Shown here piece by piece: positions 25,710 to 38,740 of a stretch of 64,000 bases of DNA. Both the position numbers and the translations under genes were made by a program. Under the pieces are notes generated by a model. That model worked only from the letters and a program-made list of their open reading frames with translations. It was not told where the DNA came from and searched no databases. Within the stretch, counting starts at the first letter, position 1. Each line of letters opens with the position of its first letter. Origin of the DNA: Nemertoderma westbladi (taxonomy: Eukaryota; Animalia; Xenacoelomorpha); assembly GCA_032718475.1 (NCBI GenBank), contig JAUCBJ010002523.1, forward strand, positions 62,001 through 126,000, written 5' to 3'.

Positions 25710-26363
25710 TCAGTAGAAGTCAATAGTAATTGTTACGGCCAACAGAATATAAGCAACAGCTCCACTGAGGTGATTCGCCAAACTAGCTGTCGTGAATATT
25801 GCAGCGGTTGCCGATGGTTCTCTCTCGGTTGTTTCTGGTTCGGTTGTTACCGGATCAAACACGGGATCATTCCAATCCACGGTTCCATTGGGGAACAGAT
25901 AGTCGTGTTCCCACACAAGGTCTACTACTTTGTTGCAGACTTCTGTTCCGTTGCAGCAGATCCGCTGACAACTTGGATGTGTCAGCTCGACGGTGTACGC
26001 CGAACTAACTGTCTCGAACCCGTCTCCAACCTTCTTTCTGCATTCCTCTTCATCGTCATCCTTGCAGCCATCACGCATGCAGTGTTCTGACCTTGTATAC
26101 AACAAACCTTGGAAAACTTCGCTATTTACAGAGAATATACCTGGCAATTGATTATAATGCAGACTGCATGTTGAGCAATCCGTTTCATTGTAACCTGGAT
26201 TTTCTTCTTGCCAGCCGCCGCTATCCAGGAACACTTCCGGCAGAGCTGTCTTATAAGTAACCATGGTGTGCGCGGTCATACATGATACAGCCGACACATC
26301 CATAACTATCTCTGTAACTATATAAACAGCTACAAATAGCATTTTCACATATTCGATATCCAT
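25710..26363 (-). CDS. Ly6/uPAR-like GPI-anchored protein, copy 2 (217 aa)
   Basis: Intact ORF; 21 aa differences from copy 1; all 10 Cys kept. Confidence 0.85.
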   Translation of the reverse strand: MDIEYVKMLFVAVYIVTEIVMDVSAVSCMTAHTMVTYKTALPEVFLDSGGWQEENPGYNETDCSTCSLHYNQLPGIFSVNSEVFQGLLYTRSEHCMRDGCKDDDEEECRKKVGDGFETVSSAYTVELTHPSCQRICCNGTEVCNKVVDLVWEHDYLFPNGTVDWNDPVFDPVTTEPETTEREPSATAAIFTTASLANHLSGAVAYILLAVTITIDFY

Positions 26364-26948
26364 AACTTTAGATCCTGCGATTTGTGTTCGATATTCAGTA
26401 TACCGTTTCCAAGATTATTTATACCGTTAGCTTGTATTATTTTTTTAAAGAATTATAATTATTAATAATACATAATTGTTAACAATTTATTAGTTGCGAT
26501 TTGAATGATGGCCAATATTGCTAAAGAATCTTACCAAAGAGAGGCCCTGTCACGTAAATACGAAAGGCATATCATTCCAGTCGAGTGTCTCACAACACGC
26601 AAAAGATTTTCGCAGTATAGAAAATTAATACATTAAATTCTGTAATTTTAGATGTTGGTTAAGTTTTTAGATTATAAAATTCTAAAATGCAAAAAGTAAT
26701 AACCAAATAATAAAAAATAATTCCTAACACTCGTTTAACATAACGGAAATTAAAACATTTAAATTAAATGTTTAAATGTTCCGTTTGGTTTATTATTTTC
26801 AGCGCACAACATCGTACCGCAGGCGAAGCGTTGTTTCTCAGCACCTGGGAGTATAACGCGAACTTTTAGCCCCCCACTCCCCCCCGTTTGTTAAATTTTT
26901 CAAAAAAAAAATATATAAAAAAATCAATATGTTTGCCTCTACTCAAAG

Positions 26949-28299
26949 CCATCAACATTAAAGGTCTTGAATTCGGTCTTGGTAGCCTTAGCAGCCTCCT
27001 TAGCAGCCCTCTCCACTTTATTTAATAGAAGCAGTGCATTTGCTAGGGTATTAGAGAGCAGGGCGATTTCATCCGCAAAGTCGGTGTCTGTGACTGTAGT
27101 TGCCGGATATCTACTACTTCTGCGTTCTTGAAGTGTGAATCCCAGGTCTTCACCCTTTGGGGTTGTCCTCATTACGTAATCCAGCACAATTACAAATAGT
27201 AATGGTGCTAATGTGTCACCTTGCAGTACCCCAGCCAGGATTGAGAAAAACTCAGTTTCACCATCTGGTGAGAGTACTTGTGCTTCTGTGTCACAATAGA
27301 ACAATCCAATGCCAGCAACAATTACTTCTGGTATTCCATAAGCTCTTAGGATTTCAAGCATTTTGCCTCTATGGATGGAGTCGAATGCCTTCTTGAAGTC
27401 CACAAAAGTCATGACTGCGGGGAGATTCTTGGACTTAATTCCTTCAATCAGTCTCCGTAGTGCAAGTATCTGAGCTATTGTTGATCTACTTGGTCGAAAT
27501 CCGTTTTGGCTCTTACGCAGTAGTTTCTCTATGTGAGGCCTAATCCTATATATAATCATTTTATTGTATATTTTGGCAGCTACCACAAGCAGACAGATCC
27601 CACGATAGTTTGTTGGTATACCGAGGTCTCCTTTCTTGGGGAGAGGCTTTAGTTGACCTTTAGTCCAAATTGGTGGTGGCTTTTCTCCTTTTAACACCCG
27701 GTTGCAAACATTCAATAATGGTCTGTTTAACACTCCTGTTTTCCATACCTCCGCTGGGATTTCATCTAATCCACTCGCTTTATTATTGGACATGCTTTTA
27801 ATGCTTCTCTGGAGTTCGGCAGGTGTGAAGTCCCCTGTTTCTATAGGTAGTGTGTTGTCATATATTTTCCTTGTAGGGCTGACCTCGATGTTTGGTGGCT
27901 GCCCAAGCAAGTTGCTGAAGTGATTTTTCCACTTCCCAACACGTTCTTCAGGACTATCGGCTTTGAGGCGCCCCTTTGCACAACTTTTCCGACCAGATAC
28001 CTCATTTACAGTTTGCCAGGTAAGTCTTGATTGTTGCTGTATGTGAGCAGTTGTAATTGCTTCAGTTTTATCCTGTATGTACTTTTCCTGGCTGATGTTG
28101 TACGCCAATTTAAGATAGTCTTTAGCTTTCTCAACCTTGTTAATGTTTTCTGTTGTTGGTTGTTCGGTTTTAACTTTGTGGGCTATCTTAAGATCTGCTC
28201 TCTTACAAGTAACCTCAGAGTTTTGCCATGGCACATACTGTTTTCGTTTGGGTTTCTGGGGGATATGCCTCTTAACTGATTCCTTGTGGGCTGTTATAT
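26949..28299 (-). mobile_element. RTE LINE family B, internal RT fragment
   Basis: NYRGICLL, QNGFR, FVDFKKAFDS, GVLQGDTLAP and DFADE (DD mutated). Confidence 0.92.
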
Positions 28300-29585
28300 T
28301 CGTTGCGCGTATATAAGTACGTTATAAGAACTTTATTTGCCTATAAAGTGTACGCAATGCCAATTTTAGAATATGGTAGTGCCATATGGAACAATTTTGT
28401 AATTCAAAACCTTTTCTTGGCCTAACAGACAAGCTTGAGTCGGTCCAAATATATTTTACCTGTAGGTTATTCCACCGGTGCTATTTAGATACTATTTCAA
28501 AATTTTTAGCCTTCCTAGGTAACAAGCATCAGGCTTGTTACCTAAGAAGGCTAAAAATTTTGAAATTACAATCACTAGCACACCATCACTACCACAAGCA
28601 GACAGATCCCACGATAGTTTGTTGGTATACCGAGGTCTCCTTTCTTGGGGAGAGGCTTTAGTTGACCTTTAGTCCAAATTGGTGGTGGCTTTTCTCCTTT
28701 TAACACCCGGTTGCAAACATTCAATAATGGTCTGTTTAACACTCCTGTTTTCCATACCTCCGCTGGGATTTCATCTAATCCACTCGCTTTATTATTGGAC
28801 ATGCTTTTAATGCTTCTCTGGAGTTCGGCAGGTGTGAAGTCCCCTGTTTCTATAGGTAGTGTGTTGTCATATATTTTCCTTGTAGGGCTGACCTCGATGT
28901 TTGGTGGCTGCCCAAGCAAGTTGCTGAAGTGATTTTTCCACTTCCCAACACGTTCTTCAGGACTATCGGCTTTGAGGCGCCCCTTTGCACAACTTTTCCG
29001 ACCAGATACCTCATTTACAGTTTCCAGGTAAGTCTTGATTGTTGCTGTATGTGAGCAGTTGTAATTGCTTCAGTTTTATCCTGTATGTACTTTTCCTGGC
29101 TGATGTTGTACGCCAATTTAAGATCGTCTTTAGCTTTCTCAACCTTGTTAATGTTTTCTGTTGTTGGTTGTTCGGTTTTAACTTTGTGGGCTATCTTAAG
29201 ATCTGCTCTCTTACAAGTAACCTCAGAGTTTTGCCATGGCACATACTGTTTTCGTTTGGGTTTCTGGGGGATATGCCTCTTAACTGATTCCTTGTGGGCT
29301 GTTATATCGTTGCGCGTATACAAGTACGTTATAAGAACTTTATTTGCCTATAAAGTGTACGCAATGCCAATTTTAGAATATGGTAGTGCCATATGGAACA
29401 ATTTTGTAATTCAAAACCTTTTCTTGGCCTAACAGACAAGCTTGAGTCGGTCCAAAGATATTTTACCTGTACGTTATTCCACCGGTGCTATTTAGATACT
29501 ATTTCAAAATTTTTAGCCTTCCTAGGTAACAAGCATCAGGCTTGTTACCTAAGAAGGCTAAAAATTTTGAAATTACAATCACTAG
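27580..29585. repeat. ~1-kb direct tandem duplication (27580-28578 / 28589-29585)
   Basis: The RTE-B fragment plus CR1 fragment is repeated almost identically, with a 10-bp filler CACACCATCA at the junction. Confidence 0.92.
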
Positions 29586-30165
29586 AATTTAGACGAGTGC
29601 ATATTGACCTAATTACTGTTTTTAAAATACTCAATGGTTTTATTTCACTAGAACCTAATAACTTATTTGTAAATGTAAGTGCATCTTCAATAAGACTGAG
29701 GGGGCACCCTTACAAATTGCAGCAGGGACATTTCAAAACTGTTGCGGTGCAGAACTCATTTACAAATCGTGTTGTGCCTGTTTGGAACAATCTACCTTAC
29801 GTTGCAGTGACTTCCCCCTCAGTTGAATTGTTCAAATGCCATATTTATATGTGCGATTTTAACAATTGGATTAAATTTGACCGCAATTTGTAACTATGCC
29901 AATTTCTAATTATTTTCTATTTTTCATATTATTAGTTCTATCTGAGTTCAACTCTTTTTAGCGATCTACACTTTTATTTTAACATGTAATAATATTTTAG
30001 CGTATTTTAATTTCGTTTTTAATCTTATTTTAATATGGTGCCATAGTATAAGTCGTTTTGTTTTATTCACTGTTCAACTTTCTCCTGTTTTATTTTATTA
30101 TGTGTAGTTTTATTTATACGCTTCTATGACAGCGGTGTCTCCACCCAAATAATATAATATAAATA
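29307..30165 (+). mobile_element. CR1-type LINE, 3' fragment
   Basis: YKVYAMPILEYGSAIW, LESVQRYFT, LQSLEFRR..DLITVFKI, LRGHPYKL and FTNRVVPVWNNLP; AT-rich 3' UTR and tail. Confidence 0.9.
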
Positions 30166-31581
30166 CCAGGCGCTCATGCAGTGCAGTTTATTTTTTGTAG
30201 GACACAAAAACAATTTTTCAAAATCTTGGCTCAAAATCTTTTCTTTTTATGATCAATTCTTTTACCAAAATTCGTATGGGGGGAGTACAATAGATTTTTC
30301 GTGCCTCCATAGGCAACCATACAAAAATACATTCCCTCAATCCCTCAAGATCCTAATTTTCGAAATGCAATAATCACTCCATAATTATTCCCTTTCCCCT
30401 TCCTTACCACAATATCCCATCGCCATCTAAAACCAATATCATGGCCTATTTCCATCCAGTTTCCTTTCCACCCCTTCATTCACCTACCAACTACACTATT
30501 GCTAGCTTCCCTGTAAGCTACTACGTCCAATAAGTGAGTGCCCTTTACAAACACTCCCTTCTTTCTCATTGGAGCCCCACACTATGCAAACATTACCTTC
30601 TTCGTTATTGTACCAAACCCAGCCAGTCATTGACAAAGGAATATTTTGTAATTAATGAAACTCTATGGATCTATGGATTATCATTGGCAGTAACCGGTTA
30701 TTGGTCAGTTCAAAACAAACCAATATTAATCATATTTTACATGTGTTCAACGTAAATCACTGCATAAGAAAGACAGGTTATGATTATGTGATAATTAGGG
30801 GTCAACTTCATATTGACCCCGGATACTGGGTTTAAAAAGGGCCACATTTAGATGGAAAAATCAGTCAGTAACTACAGGCCTTAGTAGATAGTAGCCTCGG
30901 CAGCTAATCTAGGCTCTGCTCTTTGGTATCAGACCTACTTTGATCCATTACTGCATTCGCCTTTTCAGGAGTTTTCTGGTGTTTGGGCTTGTAGGTAAGG
31001 CTCCCGCTGATGATTTAGCTTTGGCTGACCAGCCCTGGAGCGCTGATGCACTCTGTCCGCTGGCTAGTTAGTCGTCCCTTTGTCCCAGGATCAACGGTTT
31101 AGTTTTGAGACAGAGTAGCAGCAATCTTCTTGGGTTTGACTCTGTCAGATTACGGTAGTGCTTATGCACTCCGTTCATCGATGTTAATCCTCTAAGTCGT
31201 AACACAAAGAATTAGCCAACCACCTGTATCCAATCGGTCCCACTGTCGTTTGGACCCAGATGGTAGTTAACCTTGTGTTTGTACTATTGCCACATTTCCA
31301 ATAGCGTGAACCTGCACCAAGTTTATTACGACTTTTCATAGACCCTTTTCACGACAATTTTTCGATAGACTTTGTATATTTTGTGTATTTTAGTATATTG
31401 AAACAACTATAATGTATTTTCTATACATTTTGTTTACATTTATTTTGGATTGTAGTATTTTTCGAGGCTATACTTTGGATCCTAACAGACCCAAAGCACC
31501 GCCCCTCTCCCAGTTACTCCTTTTCCCTCTTCCCAGAGGTTTTTCAATGGTGTTACATAGCGTACAGTGTTACATACGTAT

Positions 31582-31848
31582 AGGTGAGGACCTTCGAATA
31601 CGTAAGGGAAAGGCATGGGCAGCCTTGAATAGGCCTTCCAGGATTTGGAAGTCACCGAGAATTAATCGGAAACTTAAGGTCCGGTTATTTAGAGCAGCAG
31701 TAGTTCCAGTACTCCTCTACGGGAGTCCATGCTGGGCTCTAACTGCTGAGGACACCAAATCTCTGGATGGCACATTCACAAGAATGCTACGCCGGGTTCA
31801 TTGTGTCAAGTACAATGCACACATCTCCAACCAGACACTATATAACAT
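31582..31848 (+). mobile_element. RTE-A internal fragment
   Basis: GEDLRIRKGKAWAALN...NQTLYNI; absent from the paralogous block in unit A. Confidence 0.9.
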
Positions 31849-31985
31849 AGGGTTGGGGATGTCATTAAATAACAAGCCATTGAAGACCGTGTATTATTGC
31901 GAGCTATTTTAGTCTTGATACCAAGAAACCAAAACAGTAAGAAAGTGGAGGTGCACTTTTTGGAACCTTTTTGAGATAGAAAGCC

Positions 31986-33500
31986 GTTTTAGGAGCTTAT
32001 CGTGCCTGAGGCACGAGAAATCCATTACATGGTACAACACTGAGTGGACGTGGATAATCGTAACGAATCGAGTCTACAATGATGAGTTGCAGTACAGCAT
32101 CCTACGAACTATCAACGAGCATAGCGAGTACAAACTCTAACACGAATGAACATGAGTGACACAGTCAACCCGACAGAAACTGAAACAATCCTTTTGGGCA
32201 CTTTAAAAGCCGTTCATTCGCGTGGCATAGAAATGTGATCCACTTTTAAATGAAAGTGGGACTTATTTTTGATATAAAAAAATATATGAAACCAAACCGG
32301 TATTCTTTATAAAGAATAAAATATAAAAATAATACGTCTAAGTGCAACAAAACATTGTCGAAATTGTTTTTTAACATATTACAAAAGATAAAAAAAGAAT
32401 TTTTTTTATTAATTGTGACGATTTGGCGGTTTCAATATGAACTTAAACTTTCGAAACTTTAGACTATAAATTGCAAAAAAAACTAGTGGGTGAACAACAA
32501 TTAAAGAAAAATAGTTCTTTCAACATTTTCCAAAAGATAAAAATCGAATTCTTAAATTAAAAGTGATGATTTGGTGGTTCAATAGGCAGGTAAGTTTTTG
32601 AAGTTTTATATGAAAAATTGAAACAACTTTAATGGGTGCGCTCAAAAGCTTGCAAAATTTGTATATTTTGAAAAAAATAAACAATCTTTTTAATTAAAAG
32701 TGACGATCAGGCGGCTTCGATATGTAATTAAACTTTGAAATTTTAGTCTATAAAATTCAAAAAATCTCATAAAATAAATGATTTACAAAGAAGTTTAATT
32801 AAATTATACGCACAATACTACAAACAAATAGAAATGAAAATAACATTATTTTTAATTAAGTGACCATTGGGCGGTTTTGATAGTAGGCCAATGTAATTAT
32901 GAAATGTTTATAGGTTTGAATTCCCCGCTTTTGAGAATATTGATTATAAGGATGGCAAGTTGATGGGTCCATCTCCAAAAGTTGTGTTTTTTGGGATAAA
33001 TCACCAATTTCATGGAAAGTTAAATGTATAATGTTTGTAAACTTTGAAAAAAGGAAGAAAATTATATATTCTTATCTAAGAAAATGAAGTAACGTCGAAA
33101 CAAAGTAACTGTCAAAGCCACTGCAATTATATCACTTATAATGAAAATATCTAAACAAATTAATTATTCAAGCAAACTTTCTGCGAGAAATAGGTTTAAC
33201 ATTGTCTACTATTTTAGACATAAACTGCACTTATAAAACATAAGAATTGGGAGCCACATCAATTCGAGCCACAAATCAATCACATGTTTCAAACTGTTGT
33301 AACTTTGTAAATACGTCACATTCTTAAAAAAACATTTTTTTAATAGTAAAAAAATTATTTAATTTAATCTACATAGAAAAAAACGACTGCAAGGCAGCCA
33401 CAATTTGACCACGCAAAACATAACAGATGAAGTAATAATCCAAATGTCGAAAAATAGGTTATTTTACGTGACCATGATCTCTATGCTCGAAGCAATTAAG
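31986..33500. mobile_element. non-coding AT-rich element with diverged internal repeats (possibly HINE-like)
   Basis: Starts with hairpin TCGTGCC-TGA-GGCACGA; recurring GTGA.GAT..GGCGGTT units ~130 bp apart; right part shared with 54485-54630. Confidence 0.35.
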
Positions 33501-33761
33501 AATTGCAGTAAGAATTATTGATTATGCCTCTGTCAGTACTACTGTAGAGATGCGAGGGTTTCAGTTGTATATGAGTTTTATGCGACATACATTCCCTTCC
33601 TTAGGTTCAATACAATACAATCTTATGAGATACAGATTAATATGTCAAGGAATATCTGCTCGTAATAAAAGTCCACTGTATACAATTTATACCCCACTAT
33701 AATACAGAGCATTCTCAAAGTCAATAACTGTGTTTAACCCTGTTAAACCCGGTGTAGGAGG

Positions 33762-34248
33762 CAATCAGATCAGTATACGATTGTTTGACAACATTTTTGT
33801 CTAATGTTGATGGTAACACAGAACCATTTGAAATATTTTGGGGAGTCCTCCAAGGAGACACACTTGCGCCATTCTTGTTCATAATTGTGGTTGACTATGT
33901 TCTACGCATGTCCTTAGATCATCATAATGATGATGGGGTGATGATAACTCCACCTATTGGCTCCAGAAGTCGAGGAAATCCTTCCAAGTACCGGTACTTA
34001 ACTGATCTAACTGATCCTTGCTAATGACTTCTGGTCATTAGGAGGAGTACTCTCAGAATAGAAGAGGGGGCCCAACGGCTCCTCAGCTCATTAGAACATG
34101 CTGCTTCTAGTGTTGGTCCTTTTATTGACTCCAAAATACCAAAATTTTGACAGTTAACTTTGAAAGTCCTCAGCAAGTCTCTGACCGGATTAGCATAATC
34201 TCAAAGCATGGTATGCTAGAGCATGTGGACGACTTCTGTTACCTGGGA
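33762..34248 (+). mobile_element. RTE-A degenerate RT fragment
   Basis: WGVLQGDTLAPFLFIIVVDY. Confidence 0.88.
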
Positions 34249-34829
34249 TTGTTAGCGCATTTGACAAAAAATACGTTTTTAACCTCTATTTAATATATTT
34301 TGACTCTTTCCGATTGTTTTGTAGAGCACATAAGAATGCGAGTAAAACACCCAGTCTGAAATACTGAAACGGTAATCGCGCTAGTGTACCTTCCATGGAT
34401 GGCCGTTCTAGTATATCACTTTTATTTCCTCTTCCCACAATTGTATTGATTTGCTCAATGTTTCGTTCAGTCTATAACGGTAATTGATCATCTATTATAT
34501 TTCACTAATATACAGTACCGAGAGGGTGTGGCGGCACAATACAATAAGTAAATGTCTGAGTAATTATTTACATAAGGGCTCAAGTCTGGCGATTGTGATT
34601 CCCTTTATTGTAAACGTGTTGCAACTATTCCGTATCTGTTTATAATATTATTGCTACGGTATTCAATTTATGACAACTTTCAATCATGGTATAATTAATA
34701 TGAAGCAAGACAATACAATATAATACAATATATTAATAGAAGCAAGACAATACACATAAATCTGACACAATTGTCCAGGTTATCAATAATGCTTAGCTAT
34801 AGAGACCTACCTGGGTTTGGTGTCTAGAA

Positions 34830-35220
34830 AATGTCTTTGATCTCGGGGTATCCGTGATATGTTTTCCGCCATGCATCAGGGGAAGAGGCTGATGCTCACA
34901 TGTGTTGAATGCTGATGACCCGTAATAATCGAGAATCCATGATGCTAACTTATCAGTATCTGAGGTATTGAAAGGGAGTGCATTTGGTAGAGGGGGTGGC
35001 TTGGATCTCATCAGACAACCACACTCTGCTAACTGATTGTTGGTTGCATTTATGTCATGTTCCTTAGCATTTCCTTGTATTGTGGCTAATGACGTTGTTG
35101 TTGAGGAACATTTTGGAAAGTTTGGGGATGTAATACCTAAATCAATGTCTACTCGGCTTAAATAAATACCTTTGCATTCCTTTGCGAAATAGCAGAGTTG
35201 ATTTGTGGAAACATAAATAA
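34830..35220 (-). mobile_element. Gypsy-type pol fragment (protease-RT linker)
   Basis: Minus-strand translation gives QLCYFAKECKGIYLSRVDIDLGITSPNFP and WILDYYGSSAFNTCEHQPLPLMHG, motifs I recognise from invertebrate Gypsy Pol. Confidence 0.65.
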
Positions 35221-35529
35221 GGCTTTCCCCGCAAAGCCGGTCAAATATTAAAACAAATAATTATAACCAAATGTATAATTTAATTGTAGACAACATAGAC
35301 AGTTAATGTAATAATTACCAGTCAATTAAAGTTGACCGCGGTTTTTACCCTTTACATGGATAAGTATGACTCCACTAAACAATTAATGACAATGACAATG
35401 GTAATAGTAAGAGTGGTTGTAGGGCATTGGGTCCATAGCATTTATACCTACAAAGGAATGTGCAGTAGCGCCACCTAGACATCACAAATAAGGCATTCAA
35501 GCTAAACTGATTATGTATAAGATACTGAC

Positions 35530-37070
35530 TGTTAAGATACTAACTAACATAGGGGTTCTGCAAGGTTCACCAAGTAGCTGCTTTTTGTTCACTTTTTTTT
35601 ATAAACCCGTTAATTCGTATGCTACGGTGTTGTTTACCCGATGGTTTTTTAAATTGGCTTCACTCTCTAATCCTCATGGACGACTCAGTAATTTTAGCAA
35701 CCAACCGCGTCCGTTGTGTTGAGAAACTTGGTGTATTATTAAATTTTTGTGCCCGGTCTGGAATGATCATAAACCGTAAAAAAACCAAATTTATGATAAT
35801 TGGTAAAATAACTCCGGGCGAGAAACATGATATACTTGTAACCAATAATACGTATGGGTGTCTTACAATCGAGAATTGTGATTCATATATTTATCTAGGG
35901 TCACCGATAACGCAGGACGGTTCAATGAACTCAGTAATTGCTGTACACACAAAGGATAAAATTAAGCATGTTAATAAGTATTTTGCTTTTCGATCAAAGC
36001 ATTCAGAAGCACCAATTTTTGTAAAACTGAAAGTATTCCAAGCCGCAGCTGTGGCCGCAATCTGCTACGGTTGCGAGACTTGGATTGGTAATACAGCTTC
36101 GACAATTACATTACATTACAATAACCTATTGTGCGCTGCGTTAGGTGTACGTAATAACATTTGCAGAGACATATTGTACATAGAATCGGGGCTACCCGAG
36201 CCAACGGCATGGCAATGTTTCGTTCTAGCCAGCGAAACCTATTGCTTAAACTTATGGCAAGGAGAGACCTGCTTAGACCCGCTATATTCGCGATTTAGCT
36301 CTGCCGCGAGGCTGGGACCCCTATGGGTAGGGTCATTTCTGGGCTTTTAAACAGTCAGGATGACCCTGCCCAAACGAAACAGTCCGAGATACGCAACAGA
36401 GTTCTAATCAGCGATTCAACGAGGCCTATGAGGTACAGATCGTTTAATCCGTCATTAGATACTCCTACTATTTATATTCGCCCGCAACAGGATATCCGGG
36501 AGTCGCACTGCAAGGCGTGGACCAGGTTCCGGCTTCTATCGACCAATCTCAGCGTAGAGATAGGGAGAACCGAGTCCCATATGATCGACGTTTTTGCAAG
36601 TGTGGCTCGCCCCAATCCGAATCACATGTTATTTGTACATGTTAATTTGTAGAGGCAGTAGGCCTAAGGAATAAATACCAATTAGATTATTCATCCCCAT
36701 GCTCTGTTCTATCCAGTGACCCCCTGTGTACCACGATGCAATATATAGACGAACTTTTAGAGATTTTAGAGATTTAGAATTATTAATTAAATTGGTTTAA
36801 CTCTATTATGTATTTATAATTACTTAATATTTATTAGTAAGTTATTTGTACGTAACGTTTGGGTAATATCAGCATATATTAAATTATTGGAATATGGCCA
36901 TTGCTATGCTGGTTTATGTATACTTAAGTAACTTTTAATTTAGGATTAGAGAGTACCGCGGGCGCGTATTTTACTGGTTATTATAATAAGTGCTGGAGTG
37001 TATTCAGATATATATATGTATTCCGTCCCACTTGGACCGATTTATTGGTCAACAATAAACTAACTAACTA
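35530..37070 (+). mobile_element. degenerate LINE 3' half (RTEX-like RT and C-terminus)
   Basis: GVLQGSPSSCFLF, LMDDSVILA, INRKKTKFM, YIYLG, YGCETW and NLSVEIGR; frameshifted; tail AATAAACTAACTAACTA. Confidence 0.8.
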
Positions 37071-37235
37071 TATAACGACACTAGATGGCGGCAATGTCAC
37101 AATTAACGGTTTTGAGTAAAGAAATATAGAATATTATGACGCAATTAACCTTATCAATAAAAATGGAACCTTAAACTTAAATTGAGCATAATAAGTAAGC
37201 TAAAATCGCAAAGAACGCATTTGTATTAACAGTGA

Positions 37236-37819
37236 TCATGGATCCGGAAGTCAGGTAAGGACCTTCGTATACGTAAGGGAAAGGCCCTTGAATAGGAATT
37301 CCAGGATGTGGAAGTCACAGAGAATTAATCGGAAACTTAAGGTCTGATTATTTAGAGCAGCATTAGTTCCAGTACTCCTCTATGGGAGTCCATGCTGGGC
37401 TCTAAATGCTGAGGACACCAAATCTCTGGATGGCACATTCACAAGAATGCTACGCCGGGTTCATTGTGTCAAGTACAATGCACATATTTCCAACCAGACA
37501 CTATATAACATTGGAGGTTTCTCATTGGTTCCCCTAAGCTTGACACTAGGACAATGTCGCCTCCGCTTTGCAGGACATTGCTTTCGCCGTGAGGACCAGC
37601 CATTGCATAATATTGTGCTTTGGCAGCCTCATGGAGTGCATATGCAAGGTGGACAGCCCATGACTTTCTTGAGACGCATCTTAAAGGACACTGACCTTGA
37701 AGATGCGGATGATCTAGCAAATGTCATGGGTGATAGGGAGTTGTGGCGGTGCAATTTTGTCGACAAGCCGGCACAGCATTCTTGAAAATGCAGCTGCAAT
37801 GCAGAATGCCGATCCTAGT
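37236..37819 (+). mobile_element. RTE-A 3' fragment
   Basis: Matches 53900-54484. Confidence 0.9.
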
Positions 37820-37899
37820 CGTAATTCTATCGTAGTCTTACCTAAAACAAAACAACAGTCATTACATAATGGGTTTTGACGACAAAGAACTGAATGAGA

Positions 37900-38602
37900 G
37901 AGTTGAGGATAAGTGGAGTGATGGAGCGAAAGATAAGTAGAGTGATGGAGCGAAAGACAAGTGGAGTGGTGGAGTGAAGGGTTAGTGGAGTGATGGAACA
38001 AAGGGTGAGTAGAGTGATGGAGTGAAGGGTGAGTTGTTTGATGGAGCGAAGGGTGAGTAGAGTGATGGAGTGAAGGGTGAGTTGAGTGATGGTGCGAAGG
38101 GTGAGTTGAGTGATGGTGCGAAGGGTGAGTGGAGTGATGGAGTGAAGGGTAAGTGGTGTGATGGAGTGAAGGGTGAGTTGTTTGATGGAGCGAAGGGTGA
38201 GTAGAGTGATGGAGTGAAGGGTGAGTTGTTTGATGGAGCGAAGGGTGAGTAGAGTGATGGAGTGAAGGGTGAGTTGTTTGATGGAGCGAAGGGTGAGTTG
38301 AGTGATGGTGCGAAGGCTGAGTTGAGTGATGGAGCGAAGGGTGAGTGGAGTGATGGAGTGAAGGGTGAGTTGTTTGATGGAGCGAAGGGTGAGTAGAGTG
38401 ATGGAGTGAAGGGTGAGTTGTTTGATGGAGCGAAGGGTGAGTTGAGTGATGGTGCGAAGGCTGAGTTGAGTGATGGAGCGAAGGGTGAGTGGAGTGATGG
38501 AGTGTAGGGTGAGTGGAGTGATGAAGTTAAGGGTGAGTGGAGTGATGGAGTTAAGGATAAGTCGAGTGATGGAGTGAAGGGTAAGTGGTGTGATGGAGCG
38601 AA
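37900..38602. repeat. 24-bp purine-rich minisatellite, ~29 copies
   Basis: Units like GAGTGATGGAG(T/C)GAAGGGTGAGT(A/G/T); the 8-aa periodicity of the antisense ORF confirms a 24-bp period. Confidence 0.95.
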
Positions 38603-38740
38603 ATATAATCAGGAATACCAACAACGTAAGATATTCAATCCTATTTCTGTTGCGGCTCAAAAACGCATTTGTTCAACATTAATTAATAATAATATTAATA
38701 ACGTTAATAATATTTTAACAAGAGAACTGTTCTGAATACT

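Noticed and set aside
37842-38660. 272-aa HSITPLTL repeat ORF (LRR-like look)
   Set aside because: Antisense reading of a 24-bp minisatellite; non-ATG start and no flanking domain.
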